From Gammaproteobacteria bacterium (lineage in GTDB: Bacteria; Pseudomonadota; Gammaproteobacteria; Ga0077536), in the NCBI GenBank assembly GCA_963662545.2, contig CAXXLL010000002.1, positions 480,001 to 544,000 of the forward strand: a stretch of DNA of 64,000 nucleotides. The letters run 5' to 3'. This document shows, in pieces, positions 36,811 through 47,321 of this stretch. The notes below the pieces were generated by a model that had not been told where the DNA came from, did not search any database, and saw only the letters and a program-made list of their open reading frames with translations. The position numbers and the translations under genes are program-made. Numbering within the stretch: position 1 is the stretch's first letter; each line of letters opens with the position of its first letter.

Positions 36811-37482
36811 ATGGATAAACCTTCCGGCATTCTGCCCTCGGGATTGGACCAGTTCCGCCTCACCGAAACCGAACCGGCCAAATCGAAAGAATTGGGCCAG
36901 GATCAATTTTTCAAATTGATGGTGACGCAATTACAGAACCAGGATCCTTTCAAGCCGATGGAAAGCGGCGATTTCCTGGGTCAGATAGCCCAGTTCAGCA
37001 CCGTCAGTGGGATCAGCGCACTACAGCAGTCATTTGCGACACTGGCTTCGACCTTGCAATCCAGCCAGGCCTTGCAGGCATCGACCATGGTGGGACGCGA
37101 AGTGGTGGTGCCGCGCGACACGGTGCAATTCAGTGGCGAGGACGTAGCCCTTGCGGCGATGCTTCCGTCCGCTGCCACCTACGTCAAGCTCACCGTTACC
37201 GACGGCGCCGGTCAAGTGGTCCGACAAGTGCTGCTCGGACCGCAAGACGCCGGCACCCTGGGCTACGTGTGGGACGGATCGAATGATCAAGGCGGTGCCG
37301 CCGCGTCCGGTGCCTATATGGTCCGCTTCGAAGCGACCATCGACGGCCGGATCCAGGCCCTGGACACCGCCGTGCGCGCCCGCGTCGACAGCGTCACCCT
37401 GTCCAAGAGCGGGCTTGCGCCGACACTGAATCTCGATGGTCTGGGTGCCGTCGAAATGAGCGAAGTCATCGAAATCCTGTAG
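36811..37482 (+). CDS. flgD: Hook cap FlgD
   Basis: FFKLMVTQLQNQDPFKP. Confidence 0.95.
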   Translation: MDKPSGILPSGLDQFRLTETEPAKSKELGQDQFFKLMVTQLQNQDPFKPMESGDFLGQIAQFSTVSGISALQQSFATLASTLQSSQALQASTMVGREVVVPRDTVQFSGEDVALAAMLPSAATYVKLTVTDGAGQVVRQVLLGPQDAGTLGYVWDGSNDQGGAAASGAYMVRFEATIDGRIQALDTAVRARVDSVTLSKSGLAPTLNLDGLGAVEMSEVIEIL

Positions 37483-37509
37483 ATAAAATCAGAATCAGGA
37501 GAGTGAGTT

Positions 37510-38724
37510 ATGCCTTTCAAGACAGCCATTAGCGGACTTCAGGCGGCGCAAATCGACCTGAATGTCATCGGTAACAACGTTGCCAATTCCAACACCACGG
37601 GTTTCAAACGATCCCGTGCAGAGTTCCGCGACGTGTATGCCGTGTCGAACCTTGGCACGTCCACCAACGACGCAGGACGCGGTGTCGATACCTCGCGTAT
37701 CGCCCAGCAGTTCGATCAGGGCAATATCACTTTTACCGACAACCCGCTCGACCTTGCGGTCAGCGGTCAGGGTCTCTTTATGCTCGATGATAACGGCGTG
37801 CGGTCGTATACGCGCGACGGTACCTTTGGACTCAATCGGGACGGCTACATCGTGGATGCGTCCGATCGGCGCCTGGTCACCTACGGCGTTGACGCCTCGG
37901 GTAACATCACCGGGGCGCTCGGCCCGCTGCAGTTATCGCAGGCGAACAATCCACCGCAAGCATCCTCCGCAGTGGACGTCGGCGCGAATTTCGATGCCAA
38001 CGCCACGCCTCCCGCCATCGCCGTGTTCGATCCCACCGATGCCAATAGTTTCAACGATACGACGGCGATGAGTATTTTCGATTCGCAGGGTGGTTCGCAT
38101 CTCATGCAGATGTATTTTATACGCGACGCGGCGGTCAATACCTGGCAGATGCACAGCTACGTGGACGGTACGGCCGTCGCCGGCCCGGACACGCTCGTCT
38201 TCGACGGTGCCGGCCTGCTGACGACGCCGGCCTCCGGCAGTTTCACCTTGCCGGCGTTTACCCCGACGCCCGGCGTCAATCCGATCAATCTCACCGTGTC
38301 GGTTGGCACCTCGACCATGTTCGGTGCGCCATTTGGCGTGAGCCTGCTGACGCAGGACGGCTACACCACCGGGCGTCTCGCGGGCCTCGATATCGATAGC
38401 GAGGGCATTGTGCTCGCGCGTTTCCCCAACGGACAATCAGAAGTACAGGGGCAGGTTGCGCTGGCGAATTTTCCAAACCAACAGGGCCTCCAATCGATGG
38501 GCGACAATGCGTGGGCCGCGACCTTCAGCGCCGGGCTCGTGCTCGAAGGCAAACCCGGCACCTCGAGCCTCGGCCTTATCCAGGGCGGTGCGCTCGAGGA
38601 CTCGAACGTCGACCTATCTGAGGAATTGGTCGGCCTCATCATCGCGCAGCGTAATTTTCAGGCCAATACCGAAGTGATTTCAACGGCGGATGCCATCATC
38701 CAGGCGGTGATGAACATCCGTTAA
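37510..38724 (+). CDS. flgE: Hook protein FlgE
   Basis: GNNVANSNTTGFK, LEDSNVDL, QRNFQAN. Confidence 0.95.
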   Translation: MPFKTAISGLQAAQIDLNVIGNNVANSNTTGFKRSRAEFRDVYAVSNLGTSTNDAGRGVDTSRIAQQFDQGNITFTDNPLDLAVSGQGLFMLDDNGVRSYTRDGTFGLNRDGYIVDASDRRLVTYGVDASGNITGALGPLQLSQANNPPQASSAVDVGANFDANATPPAIAVFDPTDANSFNDTTAMSIFDSQGGSHLMQMYFIRDAAVNTWQMHSYVDGTAVAGPDTLVFDGAGLLTTPASGSFTLPAFTPTPGVNPINLTVSVGTSTMFGAPFGVSLLTQDGYTTGRLAGLDIDSEGIVLARFPNGQSEVQGQVALANFPNQQGLQSMGDNAWAATFSAGLVLEGKPGTSSLGLIQGGALEDSNVDLSEELVGLIIAQRNFQANTEVISTADAIIQAVMNIR

Positions 38725-38926
38725 CGCCCGCCGTTGAACGAATCGCCAATACGAGGAACCCTTAGTGCGCCGTCCCGCAAATATCTTTCATAATCCGCCG
38801 GTCTTTTTCGCTCCTGGCGGCGTTGCTCGTCCTTGTGTAGAGCCTGCCACACGGCGTCCTCGCGCCTTGCCAGGAACGAAAAATCCGGCGCAACTTACGC
38901 AAGCTATTTGCGGGACGGCACACTAA

Positions 38927-39670
38927 ATGGATCGCATGATTTATCTCGCCATGTCTGCGGCCAAGCAGACGATGACTGCGCAGGCCTTGGCCACGCACAA
39001 TCTGGCGAATGCGAACACGACCGGGTTCAAGGCGGATTTCGAGGCGTTTCGAGCCATGCCTATGGCCGGCCCCGGATACGCATCGCGCGCCTTTGCCCTA
39101 ATCGAACGCCCCGGAACGAATTTTGCGCCGGGCTCGATCGAGACCACGGGTAACGAACTCGACGTCGCGATCAACGGCGACGGGTTCATCGCCGTGCTTG
39201 CGGCCGATGGAACTGAGGCCTATACCCGGGCCGGGGACCTGCAGCTGACCGTCAACGGGCAATTGCAGACCGGCACCGGCTTGCCCGTACTCGGCAACGG
39301 CGGACCCATCGCCCTGCCGCAGTCGGAAACCATCGCCATCGGGGTCGACGGTACGATCTCGATAAGGCCGCTCGGCCAGGAGGCGAATACGCTGGCGCAG
39401 ATCGACCGCATCAAGCTGGTCAAGCCCGATCTCCGGCAATTGATCAAGAGCGGCGACGGCCTGCTGCGTTTACGTGACGGCGCCAACCTGCCTGCCGACG
39501 GCAGTGTGCGCCTGACGGCCGGTGCACTGGAGGGCAGCAATGTCAACGTGGTACAGCAGATGGTGAACATGATCAAACATGCACGCGCCTATGAAATGGC
39601 CGTCAAGGCCATGAACACGGCGCAGCAAATGGATGCGGCGGGCGCGCGCTTACTTAACCTCGGCGGCTGA
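38927..39670 (+). CDS. flgF: Rod protein FlgF
   Basis: MDRMIYLAM, NLANANTTGFK, LEGSNVN. Confidence 0.95.
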   Translation: MDRMIYLAMSAAKQTMTAQALATHNLANANTTGFKADFEAFRAMPMAGPGYASRAFALIERPGTNFAPGSIETTGNELDVAINGDGFIAVLAADGTEAYTRAGDLQLTVNGQLQTGTGLPVLGNGGPIALPQSETIAIGVDGTISIRPLGQEANTLAQIDRIKLVKPDLRQLIKSGDGLLRLRDGANLPADGSVRLTAGALEGSNVNVVQQMVNMIKHARAYEMAVKAMNTAQQMDAAGARLLNLGG

Positions 39671-39704
39671 CCACAAACTTTCCAACTTTCGCTAGGACTT
39701 GCAC

Positions 39705-40490
39705 ATGTCATCAGCACTGGATATTGCACAATCGGGACTCGACGCGCAGCAAACGCGCCTCTCGGTCATTTCAAACAATCTCGCCAATGTCGCAACCACC
39801 GGCTTCAAAAAAGGCCGTGCGGTGTTCGAAGACCTGCTGTACGAAACGATCACGCAACCGGGTGCGGATTCCTCGGAGAGCACGGAGCTACCGTCGGGCC
39901 TGATGCTTGGCACGGGCGTGCGTACGGTGGCGACCTCGAAGATCTTTACCCAGGGAACCCTTTCCCAAACCGACAACACCCTCGACGTCGCGATACAAGG
40001 GCGCGGATTTCTGCAGATCCTGATGCCGGATGGCTCGACCGCTTATACCCGCGACGGATCCCTGTCGATGAATTCGCAGGGCCAGGTGGTCACGTCGACG
40101 GGGTATGAAATTGACCCGGGCATCACCATTCCGACCGAAACGCTGTCGGTAACCATTGGCACCGACGGCACGATTTCAGCGTTGACGGCGGGCAGCAACG
40201 CCCCCACCCAGATAGGCAACCTCCAGCTCGCGGATTTCATCAATCCACAAGGGTTGCAGCCGATCGGACAAAACCTGTTCAAGGAAACCGTCGCGAGCGG
40301 CACGCCGCAGACCGGGAATCCCGGACTCAACGGTCTGGGAACCCTGATTCAGGGCTCGGTGGAATCGTCCAACGTCAACGTGGTCGAGGAATTGGTGAAC
40401 ATGATCGAGACGCAGCGCGCCTATGAAATGAATGCAAAGGCGATCCAGACAATCGACGAAATGCTGCAGTTCGTGACTCAGACACTATAG
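39705..40490 (+). CDS. flgG: Distal rod FlgG
   Basis: NNLANV.TTGFKK, FEDLLY, QRAYEMN. Confidence 0.95.
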   Translation: MSSALDIAQSGLDAQQTRLSVISNNLANVATTGFKKGRAVFEDLLYETITQPGADSSESTELPSGLMLGTGVRTVATSKIFTQGTLSQTDNTLDVAIQGRGFLQILMPDGSTAYTRDGSLSMNSQGQVVTSTGYEIDPGITIPTETLSVTIGTDGTISALTAGSNAPTQIGNLQLADFINPQGLQPIGQNLFKETVASGTPQTGNPGLNGLGTLIQGSVESSNVNVVEELVNMIETQRAYEMNAKAIQTIDEMLQFVTQTL

Positions 40491-40510
40491 ATTGAACCGA
40501 GGAACCAGGC

Positions 40511-41236
40511 GTGACCATGTACGATAGGGCAGCGGGCTTTTTTCTTCTGGCAGCGTGCGTCGCAGCACTGAGTGCCTGCAATTCGACACCGCGACGCGAT
40601 CCGGAATTCGCCGCCTCTTATCCCGCGGCTCACGAAGATCCGGTGCGTGCGCAGGCAGCATCCGGATCGATTTTCCAGACCGGCTATGACATTGCGCTTT
40701 TTGAGGACATAAAAGCGCGGCGGATTGGTGATATTTTAACCATTGTCCTGACCGAATCGACTAACGCGCAGAAGTCCTCTGATACGACCATCAGACGTGA
40801 ACACAGCTCCTCCATCACCAACCCGACGCTCCTCGGCACGACGCCACAGTTCGATCTGCCCGGCTTGTTACCGCTCGCCAACACCGAGAACAACTCGCTC
40901 GAAACGAGCCTCGCAGCGGAGCATGATTTCGGCGGTGAATCGGAGTCCGGTCTCAGCAATTCGCTCACCGGACAAATTACCGTCACCGTCGCCGATGTGT
41001 TGCCTAACGGAAATCTCGTGGTGCGCGGCGAGAAACGACTCAACATCAACCAGGGCAACGAGTACGTGAAGATCGTAGGCATCGTACGCCCCGTGGATAT
41101 CGCGGCCGACAACACGGTACCGTCGACCAGGGTTGCCGACGCCACCATCGTCTATAACGGCGACGGCGCGACGGCGGATGCGAATCGCATGGGTTGGCTT
41201 TCACGCTTCTTCGTCAGCGCCGTTTTTCCCTTCTGA
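40511..41236 (+). CDS. flgH: L-ring lipoprotein FlgH
   Basis: Lipobox LSAC, GDILTI, GIVRP.DI, GWLSRFF. Confidence 0.95.
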   Translation: MTMYDRAAGFFLLAACVAALSACNSTPRRDPEFAASYPAAHEDPVRAQAASGSIFQTGYDIALFEDIKARRIGDILTIVLTESTNAQKSSDTTIRREHSSSITNPTLLGTTPQFDLPGLLPLANTENNSLETSLAAEHDFGGESESGLSNSLTGQITVTVADVLPNGNLVVRGEKRLNINQGNEYVKIVGIVRPVDIAADNTVPSTRVADATIVYNGDGATADANRMGWLSRFFVSAVFPF

Positions 41237-41289
41237 ATCAATCCAAGCAAACGCGTCCGCACCATCGCGCGCATTATGGAGCTACGAAG

Positions 41290-42393
41290 ATGCATAGCTT
41301 AAGAACACTGATATTCATCACTCTCCTCGGCGCCTCTCTCGTCGCATCCGCGGAGCGCATTAAGGACCTCGCGCGGGTCGCCGGCGTGCGCGACAACCAG
41401 CTCGCCGGATACGGCGTGGTCTTCGGATTAGACGGTACGGGCGATCAGACTTCGCAGACGCAGTTCACGGTGCAAAGCATCCGGAACATGTTGAACCGGC
41501 TGGGCATCACCCTGCCGCCGACGGCCAATCCGCAGCTCAAGAATGTCGCGGCCGTGGTGGTGCATGCGACCTTGCCGCCTTTTGCCAAACCGGGCGCGAC
41601 TATCGACGTCACGGTATCGTCGATCGGCAACGCCAAAAGCCTGCGTGGCGGCAGCCTCTTGATGACACCCTTGAAGGGCGCGGACGGCCGTGTCTATGCG
41701 ATGGCGCAGGGCAATCTCGTCGTCGGCGGCTTCGGTGCTTCCTCCGACGACGGCTCGAGCATCACCGTCAACGTGCCGAGCGTTGGGCGAATTCCGAATG
41801 GCGCCACCGTTGAGCGTGAAGTCGTGACGCCGTTTTTGAGCGGCGACTCCCTGACGCTCAACCTGCATCGCACCGACTTCACCACGGCTACGCGGGTCGT
41901 ACAAGCGATCGACGATGCGCTCGGATCGAATTCGGCGGTCGCGATCGACGGCAACTCCGTGCGCGTCGTGGCGCCGGCCGATCCTGCGCAGCGCGTCGCT
42001 TTCGTGGCGATAGTCGAGAACATCGAGGTCAATCCGGGCGACGCGCCGGCCAGAATCGTGGTCAATTCGCGCACTGGAACCATCGTGATCGGCGCCCGAG
42101 TGCTGGTCTCGCCTGCCGCCGTCACCCACGGCAGCCTGTCCGTCACGATCAGCAACAACCCCATCGTAAGCCAGCCGGCGCCGCTGGCAGGCGGCCAGAC
42201 GGTGGTCGTGCCAAGGCAGGACATCGACGTCGAGCAGGAAGCTAACCGTATGTTCCTGTTCAATCCCGGCGTCTCGTTGGAGGAAATCGTGCAGGCGGTC
42301 AACGGCGTCGGCGCGGCGCCCGGTGATCTCGTCGCGATCCTCGAAGCCCTCAAGGAAGCCGGCGCGCTGCACGCCGAACTCATCATCATTTGA
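41290..42393 (+). CDS. flgI: P-ring protein FlgI
   Basis: [26 protein letters not shown]. Confidence 0.95.
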   Translation: MHSLRTLIFITLLGASLVASAERIKDLARVAGVRDNQLAGYGVVFGLDGTGDQTSQTQFTVQSIRNMLNRLGITLPPTANPQLKNVAAVVVHATLPPFAKPGATIDVTVSSIGNAKSLRGGSLLMTPLKGADGRVYAMAQGNLVVGGFGASSDDGSSITVNVPSVGRIPNGATVEREVVTPFLSGDSLTLNLHRTDFTTATRVVQAIDDALGSNSAVAIDGNSVRVVAPADPAQRVAFVAIVENIEVNPGDAPARIVVNSRTGTIVIGARVLVSPAAVTHGSLSVTISNNPIVSQPAPLAGGQTVVVPRQDIDVEQEANRMFLFNPGVSLEEIVQAVNGVGAAPGDLVAILEALKEAGALHAELIII

Positions 42394-42499
42394 CGCCGCG
42401 GTTGCCCGTCGTCTGGTGGCTGCCGCTTTTTCGGCAGGATTTGCCGCCTCGCTAAGCCGTCGCGTCGTGAATCCCGCAACAACGGCGATGCGCCGGATC

Positions 42500-42515
42500 T
42501 GGCACCGCTTATGCA
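42500..42515 (+). promoter_or_regulatory. sigma54 promoter of flgJ
   Basis: TGGCACCGCTTATGCA. Confidence 0.7.
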
Positions 42516-42547
42516 TTGGTTCCGGCAGGCACCGTAGGAGACCTCGA

Positions 42548-43384
42548 ATGCAATCCACACTGCCCGGCGGCAGTATCGGTTTTCCCCGCTTCGCGGATCT
42601 GCGCGGGCGCTCGCGCGAGGACGCGGCCGGCGCCCTGGCGGAGGTTGCCGACGAGTTCGAGGCCTTGTTCGTCGAAATCATGCTCAAAGCGGCGCGCGAC
42701 GCGCAGATGGAGGATGGATTATTCGATTCGAACGAGCTCGATACCTACCGTGAAATGCTCGACCAGCAGATCGCCATCACGATGGCGCGCAATCATGATC
42801 TCGGTATCGGCGATATCTTGATGCAGCAGTTCGATGGATTCGTGGCCCCGCAAAAAGCCGCTACGGCTGGCACGGGCGCGCTCCCCCGTGAGGGTGACAA
42901 AGACGGATTCGTCGCGTTGCTCGCACCGCTGGCAGTGGATGCCGCGCGTAAACTCGGCGTGTCGCCGCGCGGACTGATCGCGCAGGCCGCGCTCGAATCG
43001 GGCTGGGGACGCCACGTCATACGCCATCCCGACGGGCGCAGCTCGCATAATTATTTTGGCGTCAAGGCGGATGCGCGTTGGGCGGGCGAGGTCGTGCACG
43101 TGCCGACCACGGAATTCATCGACGGCCGCGCCGTCACGGTCAAAGCCGCATTTCGTTCCTACGACAGCGCCGCTGCCGCATTCGACGACTACGTTGATTT
43201 CATGCAGGACAATCCGCGCTATCAACGCGTACTGGCGGAAGGTCGGGACGCGGGACGGTTCGCCGCGCAGCTGGCCAGCGCGGGTTACGCCACGGACCCT
43301 AACTACGCCGAGAAAATAGTCGCGATCCTCGATACCGGTGACTGGGCTCGATATGACGGGCTCGAGCACAACAGCAGAAACTGA
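42548..43384 (+). CDS. flgJ: FlgJ rod cap/peptidoglycan hydrolase
   Basis: EFEALF..MLK, AQAALESGWG, GYATDPNYA. Confidence 0.93.
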   Translation: MQSTLPGGSIGFPRFADLRGRSREDAAGALAEVADEFEALFVEIMLKAARDAQMEDGLFDSNELDTYREMLDQQIAITMARNHDLGIGDILMQQFDGFVAPQKAATAGTGALPREGDKDGFVALLAPLAVDAARKLGVSPRGLIAQAALESGWGRHVIRHPDGRSSHNYFGVKADARWAGEVVHVPTTEFIDGRAVTVKAAFRSYDSAAAAFDDYVDFMQDNPRYQRVLAEGRDAGRFAAQLASAGYATDPNYAEKIVAILDTGDWARYDGLEHNSRN

Positions 43385-43385
43385 A

Positions 43386-45269
43386 ATGACCGCGAGCACT
43401 TTCAATATCGGTTTGTCCGCCCTGCGGGCCTTTCAACAGGGGCTTGCGACCACCGGCCACAACATCGCCAACGTCAATACCGAGGGATTCAGCCGTCAGC
43501 GCGTCACTTTCGAATCACGTGAACCGCAGTTCATCGGTATTGGCTTCGTCGGTAAAGGCGTCGATACCCAGGGCATTCGTCGGCTTGCCAATCAGTTTCT
43601 GATCGATCAACTGCGATCGACCACGTCCAGCCAGGTCAATGCGGCGATGATGACCGATCTCATCGACCAGGTAGATCGACAGATCGGCGATGGCCTGGTG
43701 GCGAACAGCATGGCGAGTTTCTTCAACGCTCTCAACGACGCCAATGACGATCCGCGGCTGATGGCGACACGACAGGTACTGATGGAAAACGCACAAGCCA
43801 TGGTCGCGCGGTTTGCGGAGCAGGAAGATCTGCTGAACGGACTGTCACGCAGCGTCAACCAGCAAATCACCGGAAAGATCGCCGAGATCAACACGTTCAC
43901 CGAAGCCATCGCTGCGATCAATATCGATATTGCGCGGAGCGCAGGCCTCGCCCAGGGTGAAGCGCCTAGCGACCTGTTGGACATGCGCGACAAAATGCTG
44001 CTCGATCTGTCCCGCCTGATCGGGATAACTACGCAGCCAGGCAACGACGGCATGATCAACGTACTCGCCGGCAGCGGAAATTTACTCGTTACGGGCGGCA
44101 CCCAGGCCAAGCTTCGAGCCATACCCAATGCGCTCGACGCCTCCCGTATTGAAGTCGCCTACGACGTCGCCGGAACCCTGGCGCAGATTACCTCATCCAT
44201 CGATGGGGGTGAGCTCGGTGCACTGATCGAATTCCGCGATGCAGTGCTCGAACCTACCCGCAATGCGATCGGCCGGCTGGCAGTGGGCATCGCCTTGTCG
44301 GTGAACGAGCAGCACCGCGAAGGGATGGACCTGAACGGCGCGCTCGGCGGTGACCTGTTTTCCTTACCTGCGCCCAACGTGAATTCACTCGCGACCAACG
44401 TGGGATCGATAAGCGTCGTCTTCGATCAGAATGATGTCGGTGGCCTCACTACTTCCGATTACCGGTTGCGGCACGACGGTACGGATTTCATCCTGACGCG
44501 CTTGTCCGATAACTCGATGCAGACCTTGTCTGGTGCCGGGCCGTTCAGCGTCGACGGCATCACGATATCGATCACCGGGGCGCCGGCCGCCGGTGACGAA
44601 TACTTGATAAATCCGACCAAACTCGTGCCCCGAGCAATGCAGCTCGCGACTACCGACCCTGCCGAACTCGCCCTGGCGCTGCCGATCCGCACGCAAAGCG
44701 AGTTTGCGAACCTGGGCGACGCCATCGTGTCGATTGGCGAAATTCTGGATCCGACCGATCCGTCGCTCCTCGCGACCACGCAAATAGTGTTCAACGATCC
44801 GCCGACGACATACCAGATCAACGGCGCCGGTCCAACGCTCGCCTACACTAGTGGGGGCAATATCGATGTCAACGGCTGGCGCATACAGGTGACGGGCGCC
44901 CCCGTCGCAGGCGATGTGTTCACCATCGAGAGCAATGCCGGCGGTATCGGCGACAACGGTAACGGGCTCGTCTTAAGTGGCCTGCAATTCACGCCGATAC
45001 TTCAGGGTGGGACCGCCAGTTACCAGGAGGCCTACGGCATTCTCATCGGCGAAGTCGGCTCGGCGGCTCAGCAATCTCGCATCAGCCGCGATGCCCTGAG
45101 CGCGCTTCAGGAAAATGCCCAAATCGCGCGCGATGGGCTTTCCGGCGTCAACCTCGATGAGGAAGCTGCCAACCTGTTGCGCTTCCAGCAGGCTTACCAG
45201 GCCGCGGCGCAGATCATCATCGCCGCGAACGAAGCATTCGAAGCATTGCTCTCGGCGGTGCGGAGGTAG
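43386..45269 (+). CDS. flgK: Hook-associated FlgK
   Basis: GHNIANVNTEGFSRQ, SGVNLDEE. Confidence 0.95.
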   Translation: MTASTFNIGLSALRAFQQGLATTGHNIANVNTEGFSRQRVTFESREPQFIGIGFVGKGVDTQGIRRLANQFLIDQLRSTTSSQVNAAMMTDLIDQVDRQIGDGLVANSMASFFNALNDANDDPRLMATRQVLMENAQAMVARFAEQEDLLNGLSRSVNQQITGKIAEINTFTEAIAAINIDIARSAGLAQGEAPSDLLDMRDKMLLDLSRLIGITTQPGNDGMINVLAGSGNLLVTGGTQAKLRAIPNALDASRIEVAYDVAGTLAQITSSIDGGELGALIEFRDAVLEPTRNAIGRLAVGIALSVNEQHREGMDLNGALGGDLFSLPAPNVNSLATNVGSISVVFDQNDVGGLTTSDYRLRHDGTDFILTRLSDNSMQTLSGAGPFSVDGITISITGAPAAGDEYLINPTKLVPRAMQLATTDPAELALALPIRTQSEFANLGDAIVSIGEILDPTDPSLLATTQIVFNDPPTTYQINGAGPTLAYTSGGNIDVNGWRIQVTGAPVAGDVFTIESNAGGIGDNGNGLVLSGLQFTPILQGGTASYQEAYGILIGEVGSAAQQSRISRDALSALQENAQIARDGLSGVNLDEEAANLLRFQQAYQAAAQIIIAANEAFEALLSAVRR

Positions 45270-45274
45270 GCGAT

Positions 45275-46477
45275 ATGCGGGTCAGCTATAACCAGCTTTT
45301 TCAACAACCGCTCAATCGCATTCTGGAATTGCAACGGCATATATACGACGTCCAGCAGCAGATCGCGAGCGGGCGGCGGGTCGTGCAACCCGCTGACGAT
45401 CCGGTCGCGGCGGCGACCGTCATGCAGGTGAACGAGCGCATCCAGGCAGCCGCGCAGTTCGATCGCAACGGCGCCCAGGCTGAACAACGCCTCGCGCTCG
45501 CCGAGGACGTCATGCGCGGTGTGAGCAACGCGCTGCAGCGGGTCCACGAACTCGTGCTGCAGGGGCGCAACGAAACGCTGGGAGCTGCCGACCGGCGCGC
45601 GCTGGCACTCGAAGTGCGCGCGCAGCTCGATGTGCTGGCCGATCTCGGCAACACGCGTAATGCCTCCGGCGAGTACATTTTTGCCGGCGCTCAGGCAACG
45701 ACGCGGCCGTTTACCCGCGACTTCGCCGGCAATGTCAGCTTTAACGGCGACCAGGTCGTCAGGCAGATTCAGATCTCGGAAACCCGTGCCGTCGGAGAAA
45801 GTTTTTCGGGTGACGAAGCGCTGATGTCGATACGCAACGGCAACGGGATATTTTTTACGAGCATGGCGCTCGGCAATACCGGCACCGCGCAGATCAGCGA
45901 CAACATCGTATCTGATCCGAGCGCGTTTCTAACACATGATTTCCGCATCAGTTTTACCAGCCCCACGACTTTCGACGTGATCGACGATACGCTCGGCATG
46001 ACCGTATTGGCGGCGCAGCCGTACACGGAAGGCAACGCCGTCGCATTCTCCGGCATGCAAGTGACGCTATTCGGCCTTCCCGACGCGGGTGACGAGTTCT
46101 TGTTACGCCCGAGCCGCAATCAGTCGATGTTCGATACCCTCAACACGATCGCCGGCACCATGGAAACGGATTTTGCCAACCCGGCCAGCGCCACCCGCTT
46201 CGGCTTCGACATGGACCGTTCGATTGAAGATCTCAACCAGGCCATCGAGCATGTTGCGCAGATCCGGGCTACCGCGGGGGCACGGCTGAATACCATCGAA
46301 GGACAGCGCGAGGTTCATGCAGATGTGGCACTCAACCTGCAGATCCTGCGTTCCAAGCTGGAGGACGTGGACCTCGCGGAGGCGATCAGCCTGCTGGTGC
46401 AGGAGACGACGGCGCTCGAGGCGGCTCAGGCATCTTTTGTCCGGGTGCAGGGGCTGACCTTGTTCAATTTCCTCTAA
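45275..46477 (+). CDS. flgL: Hook-associated FlgL
   Basis: MRVS, PADDP, GEYIFAG, LTLFNFL. Confidence 0.95.
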   Translation: MRVSYNQLFQQPLNRILELQRHIYDVQQQIASGRRVVQPADDPVAAATVMQVNERIQAAAQFDRNGAQAEQRLALAEDVMRGVSNALQRVHELVLQGRNETLGAADRRALALEVRAQLDVLADLGNTRNASGEYIFAGAQATTRPFTRDFAGNVSFNGDQVVRQIQISETRAVGESFSGDEALMSIRNGNGIFFTSMALGNTGTAQISDNIVSDPSAFLTHDFRISFTSPTTFDVIDDTLGMTVLAAQPYTEGNAVAFSGMQVTLFGLPDAGDEFLLRPSRNQSMFDTLNTIAGTMETDFANPASATRFGFDMDRSIEDLNQAIEHVAQIRATAGARLNTIEGQREVHADVALNLQILRSKLEDVDLAEAISLLVQETTALEAAQASFVRVQGLTLFNFL

Positions 46478-46545
46478 CGCCGCTGCATAGGCAGGATCTT
46501 AGGCGTTGAACTGAAACGCCGAGGCATTACCGAGCGGCACAATAA

Positions 46546-46644
46546 AACCACAGAGACCACTGAGTACACAGAGAAAACCATTGTTTTGTGACCTGTAAAC
46601 GGTCTTTTTTCCTTTTCTCCGTGTACTCCGTGACCTCTGTGGTT
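46546..46644. repeat. Palindromic element of 9-bp CACRGAG units
   Basis: 32-bp arms (28/32): AACCACAGAGACCACTGAGTACACAGAGAAAA / TTTTCTCCGTGTACTCCGTGACCTCTGTGGTT. Confidence 0.75.
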
Positions 46645-46699
46645 CGTTAAGACGGTATTTTGGAGTTACGGACTCAAGAACCAACTTATGAGCGCCACT

Positions 46700-46726
46700 T
46701 AAAGGCCGGGCCACCGTGGCCGATAA
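46700..46726 (+). promoter_or_regulatory. Consensus sigma28 promoter
   Basis: TAAA-N15-GCCGATAA. Confidence 0.85.
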
Positions 46727-46767
46727 AGATTCCGGACCCCTTTCGATTCGGTCCCGGAGGCGCTGCC

Positions 46768-46974
46768 ATGCAAGTGCACGAAGATGCTCGAATCGAGCGA
46801 CTCTACTGCGAAATTCGTACCTTGACGGCGATGCGTCTGCAGGCCGTAGCTGTGGCCGATTGGGCCTGGGTCGACGTCCTGGAATGGAAACGCGGCGCCT
46901 GTCGTGACGAACTCGCAAGCGCATGCGCTGCCGCAATGGAGGGCCACCACGGCCATTTGTTGAGCGCTGCCTGA
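46768..46974 (+). CDS. Short FliT-like protein (68 aa)
   Basis: GGAGG RBS, sigma28 promoter, LT.M..A...DW..V..LE..R pattern, position before fleQ. Confidence 0.55.
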   Translation: MQVHEDARIERLYCEIRTLTAMRLQAVAVADWAWVDVLEWKRGACRDELASACAAAMEGHHGHLLSAA

Positions 46975-47321
46975 GGCACGCGCCCTCTGACCGGCCCGAG
47001 TGGTCGCCGTTGATTCTATCGGCGTCGAAAACCTGTCGCTGAACACGGGTTCCGATCGTGGCTTACAGTCACTTATGCCACCAATGGAAGTAACACGGTA
47101 AGGATCGATCCCTAAAGTCCATTTGGATGCCTCAGTAGATCGCCAGAATTGTGTCATTTCGCGATTCAAGCTCACGATTTCTTGACACTTCCTCCGCGTA
47201 CCGGTTAAATCCGTCTCAGGCCGTTCGCCGCCGCGTAGAAAATGCGGCGCGGGCGATCGCCGTCCACCGGCTAGCGGGGCCTGCCCCGGCCGGCGGAGAC
47301 AATCAAGAGGGAATTACAAAA

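Noticed and set aside
41428-43405. Long antisense ORFs over flgI/flgJ and similar ones across the flagellar cluster
   Set aside because: Typical high-GC shadow frames opposite well-supported genes
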